Of a DNA stretch of 64,000 nt, positions 1 through 9,457 are shown piece after piece. The stretch lies in IMG/VR virus record IMGVR_UViG_3300032516_002690, positions 1 to 64,000 of that record, one strand, 5' to 3'. A program made the position numbers and the translations under genes. The notes under the pieces are model-generated. The model saw only the letters and a list, made by a program, of their open reading frames with translations, searched no databases and was not told where the DNA came from. How positions within the stretch are numbered: the first letter of the stretch is position 1; every line of letters begins with the position of its first letter. This DNA is from a virus.

Positions 1-93
1 CGGGCCGATCACGATACAGTTAAGATCGGGCGTGGTAGGAGTCGCCGTTGTTGTCGCAAACTCCTGAAAAAGTAGAACAATCGGTCGTACCAT
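1..93 (-). CDS. Probable tail sheath protein, N-terminal fragment (runs off the window)
   Basis: My translation from ATG at 93: MVRPIVLLFQEFATTTATPTTPDLNCIVIGP, resembling the RP(G)V..QE start of contractile sheaths; lies downstream of neck genes behind a promoter-like motif. Confidence 0.5.
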   Translation of the reverse strand, partial: MVRPIVLLFQEFATTTATPTTPDLNCIVIGP

Positions 94-136
94 GTTTAGC
101 TCCGGCTTGCTTAATAAAGCAGCGTAGTTGTAAGGG

Positions 137-165
137 ATTATAGGGGCTGGGGTTTACGGCAACAA
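137..165 (-). promoter_or_regulatory. Sigma-70-like promoter TTGTTG-N17-TATAAT
   Basis: Read on the minus strand in the intergenic gap upstream of the putative sheath gene. Confidence 0.55.
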
Positions 166-181
166 GCAGCACGCGTGGTTA

Positions 182-1069
182 TTAGTCAAGGACTAATTTG
201 GCATCCTCCCACCCCTGCTGACGCAACCGCTTGGCAATTGTGGGGCTGAACTCCAGGGAGCTCACGTTTAAATCTTCTAGAGGGTGGATAATATTCAATT
301 TTATTTCACGTTTGGCCGAAAGCCCTGCGCGTACAAGCCCGTTTATTTCTTGCGTACGCTCTACGTCCAGCCAAGTGAGACGATTCATCATCAAGTCTAT
401 ATTGTAGATGAGATCCGTAATCACAGCAGGCCTTTTTTGATTTAAGGGATACGACAGGGCTGTGGGATAACAGATGAGCACATCTATCGAAGTGGCACCG
501 GCGTCGATTGCGGCTTTGATCGGAGTTATGGCTTGGACACCGCCATCAACGCCTAGACCCTCGATGAGGGATACGGGTTCGAAAAAGGGAGCCAAAGCCG
601 AAGATGCTTTAATAACGGACCGCAGATCAGGGTCACGTTCCGTGTAAATCTTGTAGTTGCTAAAGCTGCGCGTACCGACGTGTATGGCTGCATACAGCGT
701 AACGCCTATACGCAGTTTCCTTCCGGTATCCAATATTTTAAGGGGGTCAATGTGCGTATCAATCATCTCGCGCATTGGTTTATTGTTGTACAGACTTCGT
801 TTGTTGAATAAGGTCTGAAATAACCCCCATGGACGCCACTTTACGTATATATCTTCAGTATGCAGATGGCTGAATAATGCCCAGAGCCGGCTAATCGCCA
901 GCTCCTCTTGTCCTGCGGGGTATTGCGCCAGATAGGCTCCGAGAAGGGCACCTGTGCTGGTGCCACAAATTATGTCGTGGCGTACACGGGCATGGTTATA
1001 TAGATACTGCAAAGCACCGATATGGTAATATCCACGCGAACCACCACTGCTTAATACAAGAGCATGCAT
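182..1069 (-). CDS. Patatin-like phospholipase
   Basis: Gly-rich oxyanion loop SSGGSRG, nucleophile elbow GTSTG (GxSxG), catalytic DGG. Confidence 0.9.
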   Translation of the reverse strand: MHALVLSSGGSRGYYHIGALQYLYNHARVRHDIICGTSTGALLGAYLAQYPAGQEELAISRLWALFSHLHTEDIYVKWRPWGLFQTLFNKRSLYNNKPMREMIDTHIDPLKILDTGRKLRIGVTLYAAIHVGTRSFSNYKIYTERDPDLRSVIKASSALAPFFEPVSLIEGLGVDGGVQAITPIKAAIDAGATSIDVLICYPTALSYPLNQKRPAVITDLIYNIDLMMNRLTWLDVERTQEINGLVRAGLSAKREIKLNIIHPLEDLNVSSLEFSPTIAKRLRQQGWEDAKLVLD

Positions 1070-1070
1070 T

Positions 1071-2135
1071 TTAAATATCCGCGTAGTAATCGATCGTTAA
1101 TACGTCACCCGCCTTGGGCGCGTAATAGACCATCGTGAGTGTATCGACTCCGCCGAGAGGTACAGATTCAGAAACGGTATAGTCATTGCCGGTACCGACA
1201 TTTTGCCGTACACCATTTACGTAAAATATTTCTTTTTTAGGTAGGGTATGAATAAAAGGACTTGCCGTCGTATAGACAAGGTTAATTCCGTTTATAACCC
1301 CAGAAACAGGTTGCCCCGTTAATAAATCGAACGATGCGCCGGGAGGCCCTGCGGGGCCGGGATTACCCGCGGGGCCCGGAGGTCCCGCAGGTCCAACAAT
1401 ACTTACGCGACTAGGCGGTAATGGGGCACCAGGTGCAATGTCACACGGGTCGAATACCTCACCGCGACGTAATGAGTTTACGGTGATATCAACGAAATGT
1501 CCGTTTGCGTCTACACCCTTGTTTGTGATGCGCTGGGCTATCTGCTGAAGCAGGGGTGCGATCGGTACTTGAGACCAACGTATCCAAAATTGGACATTGA
1601 ATTCTACCGACGTAGACCACTTAGTTTGATCCCGGTCGTAAGGCTGCGTGGCACTCAGCGATGGATGTGAAATATCGTAAAACCCGAAGGCGCGTTGAAT
1701 TACGTCTTGGGACGCGAGAATCATGTATTGAATAACGTCGCCAAGTACAGCGCTCTCACCCTCGTCATTAGACACGCATTCAATCGAAAGGACTGCCGTG
1801 TTCAATGCTCCGAAAGCTTCTTTGTGGTCAGGTAACCGTACACCAACACGGTCACCGACCATCACTTTGCCGGGTACGGTTTGTAACCGGTTAACGTAAA
1901 TCGCGGGAACTTGGTTACGGGCCTCAAGCTCTTCGTTGTAACCCGTCTCGATGAGTACGTCGCTACTCGTTAAATCAGGACGCCAGATAAGGCCCAGCCC
2001 TGCATCAACGCTAAAACGCTCACGAATGATCTCTAGAAATACGCCTTGTATAGCTAGCGGAGACCCTGCTGCAATTTTCAGCGGGTCTTGCACAAATTGT
2101 TTTGGCCGAACTAGAATGGTTTCATGGCCTGCCAT
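1071..2135 (-). CDS. Neck/tail-completion-like virion protein with collagen-like linker and C-terminal beta domain
   Basis: N-terminal ~220 aa clearly paralogous to 2146..2814; GPAGPPGPAGNPGPAGPPG repeat; position between head and sheath genes. Confidence 0.5.
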   Translation of the reverse strand: MAGHETILVRPKQFVQDPLKIAAGSPLAIQGVFLEIIRERFSVDAGLGLIWRPDLTSSDVLIETGYNEELEARNQVPAIYVNRLQTVPGKVMVGDRVGVRLPDHKEAFGALNTAVLSIECVSNDEGESAVLGDVIQYMILASQDVIQRAFGFYDISHPSLSATQPYDRDQTKWSTSVEFNVQFWIRWSQVPIAPLLQQIAQRITNKGVDANGHFVDITVNSLRRGEVFDPCDIAPGAPLPPSRVSIVGPAGPPGPAGNPGPAGPPGASFDLLTGQPVSGVINGINLVYTTASPFIHTLPKKEIFYVNGVRQNVGTGNDYTVSESVPLGGVDTLTMVYYAPKAGDVLTIDYYADI

Positions 2136-2145
2136 ATCAACCTCG

Positions 2146-2814
2146 TTAAGTAGCCCGGCGCATAGAGTTTAGCACAGACTGCCTAAAGAGATCGACGCCC
2201 TTGACCTGTAACCGCTGTCCTATTTGTTGCAGTAGCGGTGCTATGGGTACCTGAGACCAGTGTATCCAGAATTCAACAAAGAAACTTACTGGGGTCGACC
2301 ACTTAGTTTGGTCGCGGTCGTAAGGCGTCGTTTGCCCGAGTACCGGATGATTAAAACTATACATCCCAAATTCGCGTTGAATAACATCTTGAGATGCAAG
2401 CAACGTAAACTGTACAGTATCTCCGATAATCGCGCTCTCACCTTCATCGTTACTCACACACTCTATAGAGAAATCAACGCGCATTAACGCTTTGAATTCT
2501 TCGAGATGGTCTGGTAAATGTACGCCTGCCCGGTCACCGACGCTCATTTGCGTGGGCGTTGTTTGTAGCCGCGAGACATATACGGCGGGCACTTGATTAC
2601 GTGTTTCGATTTCTTCGTTGTACCCAGTTTCAATGAGAATATTTGTTAGTGTGGGATCAGAATCCCAACGCCACTCTAACCCCGCGTCCGCATTGAAACG
2701 TTCACGCAGTATCTCTAGGAAAATACCCTGTACAGCGAGCGAAGACCCTGCTGCGACCTTTAGATGGTCTTGCGCAGTTTTGGGTCTAACAACACTTGTC
2801 TCATGTCCCGCCAT
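2146..2814 (-). CDS. Neck/tail-completion-like virion protein (paralog of 1071..2135)
   Basis: Shares IETGYNEE, SIECVSNDEGESA, PYDRDQTKWST and WSQVPIAPLLQQI with its neighbour; gene position. Confidence 0.5.
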   Translation of the reverse strand: MAGHETSVVRPKTAQDHLKVAAGSSLAVQGIFLEILRERFNADAGLEWRWDSDPTLTNILIETGYNEEIETRNQVPAVYVSRLQTTPTQMSVGDRAGVHLPDHLEEFKALMRVDFSIECVSNDEGESAIIGDTVQFTLLASQDVIQREFGMYSFNHPVLGQTTPYDRDQTKWSTPVSFFVEFWIHWSQVPIAPLLQQIGQRLQVKGVDLFRQSVLNSMRRAT

Positions 2815-3648
2815 TTAGTACATCACAGGTACGGTCTCTCTATTGACCGTGAGTCGATACTCGATGGAGTCTTTGCTGAGCTCACTAACGACAAGCGCCT
2901 GATGCACTGTTTCGCGACGTAACTCCGTTTGTGATTGTTGCTGTACCAAGTAGCGTTGGTTAATGTGCTTTGTGACGAGCACGTCTCCAGGGTCGATATT
3001 CGGGTATTCGAGGCAAATAACTCGAATCTTTGTCGTATCCGTCCAACCTTGCGGAGACATCTGTGTATCCGAGTTTGGTGCGAGGAAGCGCATCTTTATC
3101 TGCACGGGTGATGCGAAACCGCCATCGAAGCCCACGCCGTAGCAGCTCTCGCATTTACTGGCTGTGACCTTCTTAGTTAACAAATCGAAACACTTTTTAC
3201 AGCGAATACCCCAGTGCAGACGCTTTAGCAGGTACGTAGGCACGCCATTGAATTTGAGTGCAATCCCAAGATCGCGCTGCATTTTATGATGTAGGCGTGC
3301 AAGCCTAGGGGGAAGATCAGAACCAACGTCCGTTACGTCAGCAGCAACATCTCCTGTGCTAGCTGTTGCGGTAACGCGGTAGTACGCCGTACGCACTAAC
3401 GACAGGAAATTTAAATTTTCGCGAGTTTCACCCGCAGCAGCCGCGGGGACATCACGGTATTTGTCAAAAAAGTAATAAGACACCACGTGATCTCGAACAA
3501 GCTCAAATGGTCCCTCGGGACTTACAGCGCGTTCTATTTTGAATTCAATGCTGGCAGACGGCGGACTGCTTATATTCCACTGTATAAATACGCCGGTATC
3601 TAGCGGCGAACGGTAAATAGGCGTGGTGTCCGTGATATGAATTTTCAT
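2815..3648 (-). CDS. Putative head-closure/neck protein with Zn finger
   Basis: CKKC...CESCYGVGF motif followed by a beta-rich PGDVLV..RYLV segment typical of head-closure proteins; gene position. Confidence 0.45.
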   Translation of the reverse strand: MKIHITDTTPIYRSPLDTGVFIQWNISSPPSASIEFKIERAVSPEGPFELVRDHVVSYYFFDKYRDVPAAAAGETRENLNFLSLVRTAYYRVTATASTGDVAADVTDVGSDLPPRLARLHHKMQRDLGIALKFNGVPTYLLKRLHWGIRCKKCFDLLTKKVTASKCESCYGVGFDGGFASPVQIKMRFLAPNSDTQMSPQGWTDTTKIRVICLEYPNIDPGDVLVTKHINQRYLVQQQSQTELRRETVHQALVVSELSKDSIEYRLTVNRETVPVMY

Positions 3649-5064
3649 TTAGACGCCCGGACTTGAAGCTACCGAGTTTGCGCTAGGGTCAAGCGTAGAT
3701 GTATCCATCGGCAAATCATTAAAACGAAATGCTTTATTGATTTTGTCTGCAGGCGCCATCGGATCACCTTCTATTTTGCGCAGTCCTATAAGACTTCCAC
3801 CTGGAAATCCTAGATAATCACCAGGTGTTTGGTCATTGAAAGATCCGGGTGATTTGTCAATCAACGCAGATCCAATATCGAAGCCTACCTTCTTAGGTCC
3901 GCCATTCGCGGTCTTTAGGACTTTCTCCTTAAAGTCAGCGAAAGGCATAGCGCTCATTTTTCTAAAGAAGCGTGCATCCGAGTAGTGATCGAGGAAAGCT
4001 TGTTTAGCGGTCTCGGCATTTTTAAAGCCAAGCATACATTTCTCTTCGTCGATCTGTTTGAAGTCTGGAGGTTTATTCGTAGTGACTACGTAGACCATAT
4101 CAGCGTCTTCGTCGGGACCTACAAAACAATCAACGTGATCACCGTCCAGGCCTTCTGTCTTGCGAATATACCCGTAAGGGTACTTCATCAACGTCTTGCC
4201 TTTGGTATCGTTGTGTTTATCGTACCATTCTCGGTAGTTTCCTTTATCGGTCTCGATAGAGATATCGAGGCCTTGGAAAGTAGTACGCCCGTCGAGTTTT
4301 TTAGCTGAGGTCTTTAGGTAGGAAGTTAGCCCTGTCAAAGCGGGGGCCATTAAATACGTAGATTGCGGCTTCATCAAAGTCTTGATGTATTGCGCTAACT
4401 CTTCGTCAGACGCGCCTGCTTGCTGCAGTACTTTGTAGCCTTTGTAATCCGCTACGCCTTCGCTTAACAAGGTAGGCGCAGCTAGGCCCAACGCGAGTAC
4501 AAGAGACTTCAATGCACGTGCGGTACCTTTGCTACCCCTAAGGGGGCCTGCTACTAAACCGATAACCGGTGCGATAGTGTGAATACCGCGAGCTATTTGG
4601 CTTTGGGCAAGATAACCCAGGGTGCTCTCATCGAATTGCGCGTGTCCAATTTCGTGGGCGAGAATATGGATATTCGGATCAGTATCGGAGATACCGATGT
4701 GCATATTTTTGGCATCGCCCTGATAGTGTCCGTAGTAACCGCCGCCGGTCTCATTTGCATATGCAGACGAGTGTACAGGTACCGGGCTGAGCTTTTTCAG
4801 ATCTTCGATTGTGACTGCGACTTTGCTCTGCCACGCGCCCGTGGGTATTTGCCGCGTCTCGTTCCAACCATCGATCTGACGCTGCTTTTCGTTCTGGTTA
4901 AACGCATTGCTTACTTGCGCTTTGGGATTGTCCAGCGTACGAAAATGCGCACGCCCCTCGTCACCGTTCGACGATGAAATACGCGAATACAACGCATCAC
5001 CCATTTGCGGCTCAGTCGCAAACTTGTAACGCATCGGCATATTAACGTATTGCTTTAGGGTCAT
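3649..5064 (-). CDS. Multidomain internal virion protein: HExxH zincin-like peptidase plus inorganic-pyrophosphatase-like (InPase) domain
   Basis: ILAHEIGH; GLDISIE...YGYI..TEGLDGDHVDCFVG...DEEKCMLGF matches the PPase-fold domain known from phage polyvalent proteins. Confidence 0.7.
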   Translation of the reverse strand: MTLKQYVNMPMRYKFATEPQMGDALYSRISSSNGDEGRAHFRTLDNPKAQVSNAFNQNEKQRQIDGWNETRQIPTGAWQSKVAVTIEDLKKLSPVPVHSSAYANETGGGYYGHYQGDAKNMHIGISDTDPNIHILAHEIGHAQFDESTLGYLAQSQIARGIHTIAPVIGLVAGPLRGSKGTARALKSLVLALGLAAPTLLSEGVADYKGYKVLQQAGASDEELAQYIKTLMKPQSTYLMAPALTGLTSYLKTSAKKLDGRTTFQGLDISIETDKGNYREWYDKHNDTKGKTLMKYPYGYIRKTEGLDGDHVDCFVGPDEDADMVYVVTTNKPPDFKQIDEEKCMLGFKNAETAKQAFLDHYSDARFFRKMSAMPFADFKEKVLKTANGGPKKVGFDIGSALIDKSPGSFNDQTPGDYLGFPGGSLIGLRKIEGDPMAPADKINKAFRFNDLPMDTSTLDPSANSVASSPGV

Positions 5065-6095
5065 ACGCGTGGAGCGGTGGTAGTCATGTCAGGCATTTTG
5101 GGTGCCATATTTACGGGATTAACGGGAGCACCGCCAGCGACGGTCGGTACTGTCGATATACGCGAACCAACAGCGCCCACAGCGTTAGGCTGTTGCGCAT
5201 GCACATTTGTGCGCGAGTTTCTAAAAGCATTCTGCGCAACTGAGTGTTGCGGACTTAAACCCGTAGGAGGTTTAATAGTTGTAGCAGGCGTAGGTTGCAT
5301 ACCCATGGTGGTATTACCGCCGGGGCGACCTCCAAGGCGCGGCACACCGAAAGCATTACCTCCGGGTTTTGGCGCCGCAATACGCATTGCCGCAGCGGCT
5401 AGTTTCGGACCGTAAGGTTGGGTCGAGGCAGCTTCCGGTGCGTAGCTCTGATCGTATTGTTCATTTGCGGTGAACGCATTTTGCATTGCATCGCTTAAAC
5501 GCTTATTACGGTCTGCTAGATGCTGGTTGGCATCAGATCCGCCGATATCATAAGTACCGACAGACGAGCCGTAGCCAAGCTCGGAGCCTGTTTTGGTATC
5601 TACAGGTTTTTTATTGTCGCTATCCGCAGGTTTTTTACCGTCGTTATCCGCAGGTTTCTCTCCGCGCGGTCCGAAAGAATAACCTAACTGTGGACCTGTT
5701 AAACCCAACCCCACGTGGAAGCGTGTGTTTTTCATGGGCCCTGGGGAGATTTGCAATGCGATTAAGTGCGGAAATCCAAAGTTTACAGCTAATCTGTTCT
5801 CACGGGACCACTCGTCATCTTGATTTATAGGGCGACTGTATCCTAGGCCGAAACTGCCGAGTTTAGTTGGAGAATGGACAGAACCGGTCTTTGGCGCCGA
5901 AGGCATACCAATACCAGATTCATTTCCGGTAACGGAAGGTTCGTCATCAATAGACTTCCAGAAATCTTGCTTCTTATTCTCTACACCAAGATCGGAGTTT
6001 CTAAACTGGCTTGGCGCATACGAAATAGGTCCGACGTCAGACGTCATTCCTATTTTCATGAGAGCGCGTAAACGGCCGTATTCATAGTAACGCAT
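5061..6095 (-). CDS. Low-complexity putative internal head protein
   Basis: Long ORF coupled to its neighbours; N-terminal YEYGRLRALMKIGM leader; repeated K-x-G/A motifs. Confidence 0.5.
   Translation of the reverse strand: MRYYEYGRLRALMKIGMTSDVGPISYAPSQFRNSDLGVENKKQDFWKSIDDEPSVTGNESGIGMPSAPKTGSVHSPTKLGSFGLGYSRPINQDDEWSRENRLAVNFGFPHLIALQISPGPMKNTRFHVGLGLTGPQLGYSFGPRGEKPADNDGKKPADSDNKKPVDTKTGSELGYGSSVGTYDIGGSDANQHLADRNKRLSDAMQNAFTANEQYDQSYAPEAASTQPYGPKLAAAAMRIAAPKPGGNAFGVPRLGGRPGGNTTMGMQPTPATTIKPPTGLSPQHSVAQNAFRNSRTNVHAQQPNAVGAVGSRISTVPTVAGGAPVNPVNMAPKMPDMTTTAPRV
5597..5660. repeat. 24-nt tandem repeat (~2.7 copies) encoding KP(A/V)D units
   Basis: tatc(t/c)(a/g)caggttt units start at 5597, 5621 and 5645. 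Confidence 0.8.
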
Positions 6096-6103
6096 CGGTA
6101 TCC

Positions 6104-6583
6104 TCAGGTGTGGTGGTAGCGGCTGACGTTTACGTAGCCAGAGCTCAGGTTACCGTACGCGCTCTCTAGATTGTTTTGGATTTTAACTTGTTGAACTAAC
6201 TGCGACCATTCAGCGTCTAGAATCTGCGCAAATTGTATGTACAAGGGATATTTATCGTCAATCCCGATAGGCGCTACGTCGCCATCTTGATAAGTGGCTT
6301 GATTGCGCAATTGCAAAAAGGCCGAGCTTTTAATCAAATAAGCAGCCACGCCTAGAAGCAGCACGTACTGCATATGCGGCGGCCATGACTGTGCTAGCAG
6401 GTTGGTCTGCGGTGTAAACACGTTGTATCGAGAAGTCACCATCTCAATACCCTGATTTATGTCATCTTGAGTGTAGTCAACAGCATCCAGCAAGATATTA
6501 TAATCAGGTCGATCGCGCATAAAGCGACGCACTTGATCTACCGTGAGTATTACCGGAGTACTTGGTGTTGCGACGATGGGCAT
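6104..6583 (-). CDS. Putative head-tail adaptor
   Basis: 159 aa, helical, LTVDQVRRFMRD-type start; lies downstream of the capsid gene. Confidence 0.5.
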   Translation of the reverse strand: MPIVATPSTPVILTVDQVRRFMRDRPDYNILLDAVDYTQDDINQGIEMVTSRYNVFTPQTNLLAQSWPPHMQYVLLLGVAAYLIKSSAFLQLRNQATYQDGDVAPIGIDDKYPLYIQFAQILDAEWSQLVQQVKIQNNLESAYGNLSSGYVNVSRYHHT

Positions 6584-6589
6584 ACAACC

Positions 6590-7150
6590 TCACACGGTTA
6601 TTTCGACAGTATCCGGTCCGTACTCGTTAGTCTTGTTGAGCACTACGGTGTAGGTCTCGCCAGGCTCAACAAATACCGGCGTAAGCCAGGTACCTGTTGC
6701 TGTTGTGATTGTAGTCCCTACCGCCTTAGACAAATTACGGAGATCGTAATCGAGTTTCTTATACACGCGAATCTCAGCACTAGCTACAGGAGTACCGCCG
6801 GTAGTTACGTACTGCAGGTTGTTGGTGCCGCCGGTATGTTCTGTAAGCGCGATATAGTAAAATGTAGGTACTTCTACGGGATCATTACCTGCCTTGAAAG
6901 GCGTAGGTGCTTCATCGATCGCGGTATTGCCGTATCTGTCAAGTACGCGGATACGGTAGTAACGATAGATAACTTCTTGATCGTCGTAATAGAAATAGCC
7001 CGCACTATTCCAGTGCGTGCCCGGAATTTGATGCAGAACCTGTGCTCGGGACGTATACGGGCCGTCACGTCCCGTATCGCTGTATAGTATTTCGTAGGCG
7101 ATGATATTTGGAGAATTCGCCGGAAGCCATTTAATCTGTTGAGTGGCCAT
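6590..7150 (-). CDS. Virion protein with FN3/Ig-like beta domains
   Basis: W...AYEILYS...YYRIRVLD pattern; structural cluster. Confidence 0.45.
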   Translation of the reverse strand: MATQQIKWLPANSPNIIAYEILYSDTGRDGPYTSRAQVLHQIPGTHWNSAGYFYYDDQEVIYRYYRIRVLDRYGNTAIDEAPTPFKAGNDPVEVPTFYYIALTEHTGGTNNLQYVTTGGTPVASAEIRVYKKLDYDLRNLSKAVGTTITTATGTWLTPVFVEPGETYTVVLNKTNEYGPDTVEITV

Positions 7151-7156
7151 ATAATG

Positions 7157-7187
7157 AAAAAGCGCGCAACATCCAAGATGTGCGCGC
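7157..7187 (-). terminator. Intrinsic terminator after the capsid block
   Basis: Minus strand GCGCGCACATC-TTG-GATGTTGCGCGC followed by TTTTT. Confidence 0.7.
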
Positions 7188-7213
7188 CCCTCCGTCCTAA
7201 AGGTTAAAGTGCG

Positions 7214-7630
7214 TTAGCGGCGTCGGCGCTTGACTTCGAAACCCTTACCGTCATCGGTGTCTTTCGAAGTATCTTCCACGGACACGGAGCTTGCATCGGT
7301 GGCAGGCACGGATTCAGGTACGGGATCTGGCGTAGTTTCGACAACGGCCGTGGCAGGTATTTCTACCACTGCGATAGTTTCTTCGACTTTAACCGGCTCG
7401 GCAATTTCTACAGTAGGTGCGGCAGGCACCATGACTGCACCGGCTGCATCTACTTCAATGAGTAGAAGCTGTGCTAGATACGTTTGAATGACATGATGAT
7501 TAAAGACATCATCCTGCACACAACGCCTTTGCAAGGCACCTTTGAAAATCAAAGGCTGACCGCCGTAGTCCTTGAGTTGCGGAACCTCAAGAACACAAGC
7601 ACGGTTCATTTGTAGCCAGTGGAGGGTCAT
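7214..7630 (-). CDS. Hypothetical capsid-associated protein
   Basis: ORF directly after the major capsid gene, with an acidic/Pro-rich tail. Confidence 0.55.
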   Translation of the reverse strand: MTLHWLQMNRACVLEVPQLKDYGGQPLIFKGALQRRCVQDDVFNHHVIQTYLAQLLLIEVDAAGAVMVPAAPTVEIAEPVKVEETIAVVEIPATAVVETTPDPVPESVPATDASSVSVEDTSKDTDDGKGFEVKRRRR

Positions 7631-7636
7631 TTAGAC

Positions 7637-8566
7637 TCAGGGAATGTCGACGCGGCACATCGCGGCAGTATTGCCGATACCGATGCCGGGAGCCGCGTAG
7701 CTGTGGAAGAAGATCATATCCGCTTCCTGCTTGATGAACAAGGTCGCATCCTGCAAGAGGAAGAAGTTTCCGAGGAAATTCTCAGGCGCGAACATGTAAA
7801 TCGAGTGCGTTCCGCCGCCCTGCGCGGTGAGAATGTCGGTCTTGATCGTAGTGACGACCGGAATTCCGTAAAGGCGCTCTTCCTTCTCAATACCATCACG
7901 GTAATGCGCCGAGGCAATATCATTGCCTACGTCAGTTGCCGGAAGGTCGAGTGCTTCGTAGTACGTGTTCTTGGTCATGAGCACCTTGCCGATAGGCAAG
8001 CGACGACTCACGAGGTTTTGAAAACCTCCCTTGAACGCACTGGAGTTGAAGCCTGTTGCGGCAACAACCTGCGATGGCGCAGCGGTGAGAATCGCATTTA
8101 CCGTGCCCAGGAACTTGGTGTCTTCCTGATCCGCCATGTCCTTCACAGAGTTATCCGAAAGGATCTTTCGGATATCATTCTGATAGGTCATGAGCTCGAA
8201 CTTGCTCTTGCGGAAGCGCGCCGACTCGGTCTTACCGAAGCGGACGGCATAACGCGGACCGCGGAAAAGCGTACGGACGCCGGTTCCGTAGAAGGGCACG
8301 AACGTCGCAACGGAGTCAGGCTCCTTCTCGACGATTTTCTTCGGCTGATCAGTATCCTCGTCACGGTCGATCTCGTCGTCCGCAAGGAGAATCGGCGGCA
8401 GAACTTCGCGCACGAACGCCTCTTGGCGCATCTTGGTGCGAAGGAAGGCAGAGCCTTCTTCTGTTGCCTCTTTAACACGGCCCTGTTCCAGCTTGCGAAC
8501 GAAGTTCGAGTTAATGAACTGTGCCGAGACCTTTTCTGTCTCTGTACGATATGATGCGTTAGCCAT
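7637..8566 (-). CDS. Major capsid protein (HK97-like, inferred)
   Basis: 309 aa, strongly C/G-ending codon bias, good RBS (GGAG), LYGIPVV and GIGIGN..A..R motifs; gene order protease-scaffold-decoration-MCP. Confidence 0.75.
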   Translation of the reverse strand: MANASYRTETEKVSAQFINSNFVRKLEQGRVKEATEEGSAFLRTKMRQEAFVREVLPPILLADDEIDRDEDTDQPKKIVEKEPDSVATFVPFYGTGVRTLFRGPRYAVRFGKTESARFRKSKFELMTYQNDIRKILSDNSVKDMADQEDTKFLGTVNAILTAAPSQVVAATGFNSSAFKGGFQNLVSRRLPIGKVLMTKNTYYEALDLPATDVGNDIASAHYRDGIEKEERLYGIPVVTTIKTDILTAQGGGTHSIYMFAPENFLGNFFLLQDATLFIKQEADMIFFHSYAAPGIGIGNTAAMCRVDIP

Positions 8567-8607
8567 TTATTTGCTCCGTGTCCGTACTTAGCGGCCGAGG
8601 TTAAAGC

Positions 8608-9075
8608 TTAGAGGTCCATTTCAACAACAATGGTACCGTCAGTTGCCACGTTGTTGGCCAAGACCGTACCGATTTGGTGCGTCGTTGCCGTTGCGCCGTG
8701 GTCGCTCAACAGGCCGTTGCTGTACGTGACTTTCCCGTTGATGGGGAAAGACTGCGCGGTATTAAGCTTGTCGGACTTAACCGTAAGCTTACCGCGGAGA
8801 CAAACGACCTTCTCAACGAAGACCGTCGAGGTGTCCACGCCGTTACCTTCGAGCACGATGTACACAAGCGTGGGGTTGGCGGTGCCCAGCGCAACGCTGG
8901 CGGGGGACGTGGCGACGTTTACTTCGCCGCTCGTATTCATACTGACGATGTAGCCGGGAAGAAGCGTGACAGGCACGCCCATAACCTTGACCGGAGGAAG
9001 AGACTGGTCGATGCCAGCATCGCCGCCCGGTTCCCAACCGCGAAGAACGTCAAACTTATCATTGAGACTTGCCAT
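8608..9075 (-). CDS. Capsid decoration/cement protein
   Basis: 155 aa, beta-rich, immediately upstream of the MCP, RBS GAGGAG. Confidence 0.6.
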   Translation of the reverse strand: MASLNDKFDVLRGWEPGGDAGIDQSLPPVKVMGVPVTLLPGYIVSMNTSGEVNVATSPASVALGTANPTLVYIVLEGNGVDTSTVFVEKVVCLRGKLTVKSDKLNTAQSFPINGKVTYSNGLLSDHGATATTHQIGTVLANNVATDGTIVVEMDL

Positions 9076-9094
9076 TGGAATCTCTCCTCAGCCT

Positions 9095-9457
9095 TTAATC
9101 GTTGACAATCCAGTCAAGGAAACGTTTCTCTGAATGATCGGCCGCTTCCTTGATGGTGCGCGGGGCCGGGTCACTATCCAAGTCTGCCGACCGCCCAAGG
9201 GCAACAGGAGACTCGTTATTATTTTTGGCAACCTTGAGTAAATGATCAAGGGCATTCGCATCTAAGCCTGCTAATTTGTTTCGCAGGTCATCTGGGATGC
9301 TCTCACCGGTAGACGCTTCGTAGCGCTCGGCGAGCTTTGCAATGCGCGCATCGCGTTCAGCACGGACGTTCGCAGTCTTCTTGAGCTCAACCTCATCAAT
9401 GTAGTCTGCAACCGCAAACAACATTTCGGCGAGCTTAGCGCTACTCAGCTTTTTCAC
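9095..9457 (-). CDS. Putative scaffold/head assembly protein
   Basis: Coiled-coil character, multiple K-x-A motifs, position before decoration/MCP. Confidence 0.5.
   Translation of the reverse strand: MKKLSSAKLAEMLFAVADYIDEVELKKTANVRAERDARIAKLAERYEASTGESIPDDLRNKLAGLDANALDHLLKVAKNNNESPVALGRSADLDSDPAPRTIKEAADHSEKRFLDWIVND

Noticed and set aside
182-1069. Patatin as a CBASS (CapV-like) effector
   Set aside because: No CD-NTase or Cap2/Cap3 genes in the window; the context is virion morphogenesis
1071-2814. Paralog pair as DGR template and variable repeats
   Set aside because: In the stretch I compared, differences involve all bases, and both copies are intact genes; ordinary duplication
7619-8554. 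311-aa + strand ORF and many similar antisense ORFs (e.g. 6467..7087, 11948..12562, 17351..17992, 23741..24325)
   Set aside because: Shadows of codon-biased genes on the opposite strand; no recognisable motifs
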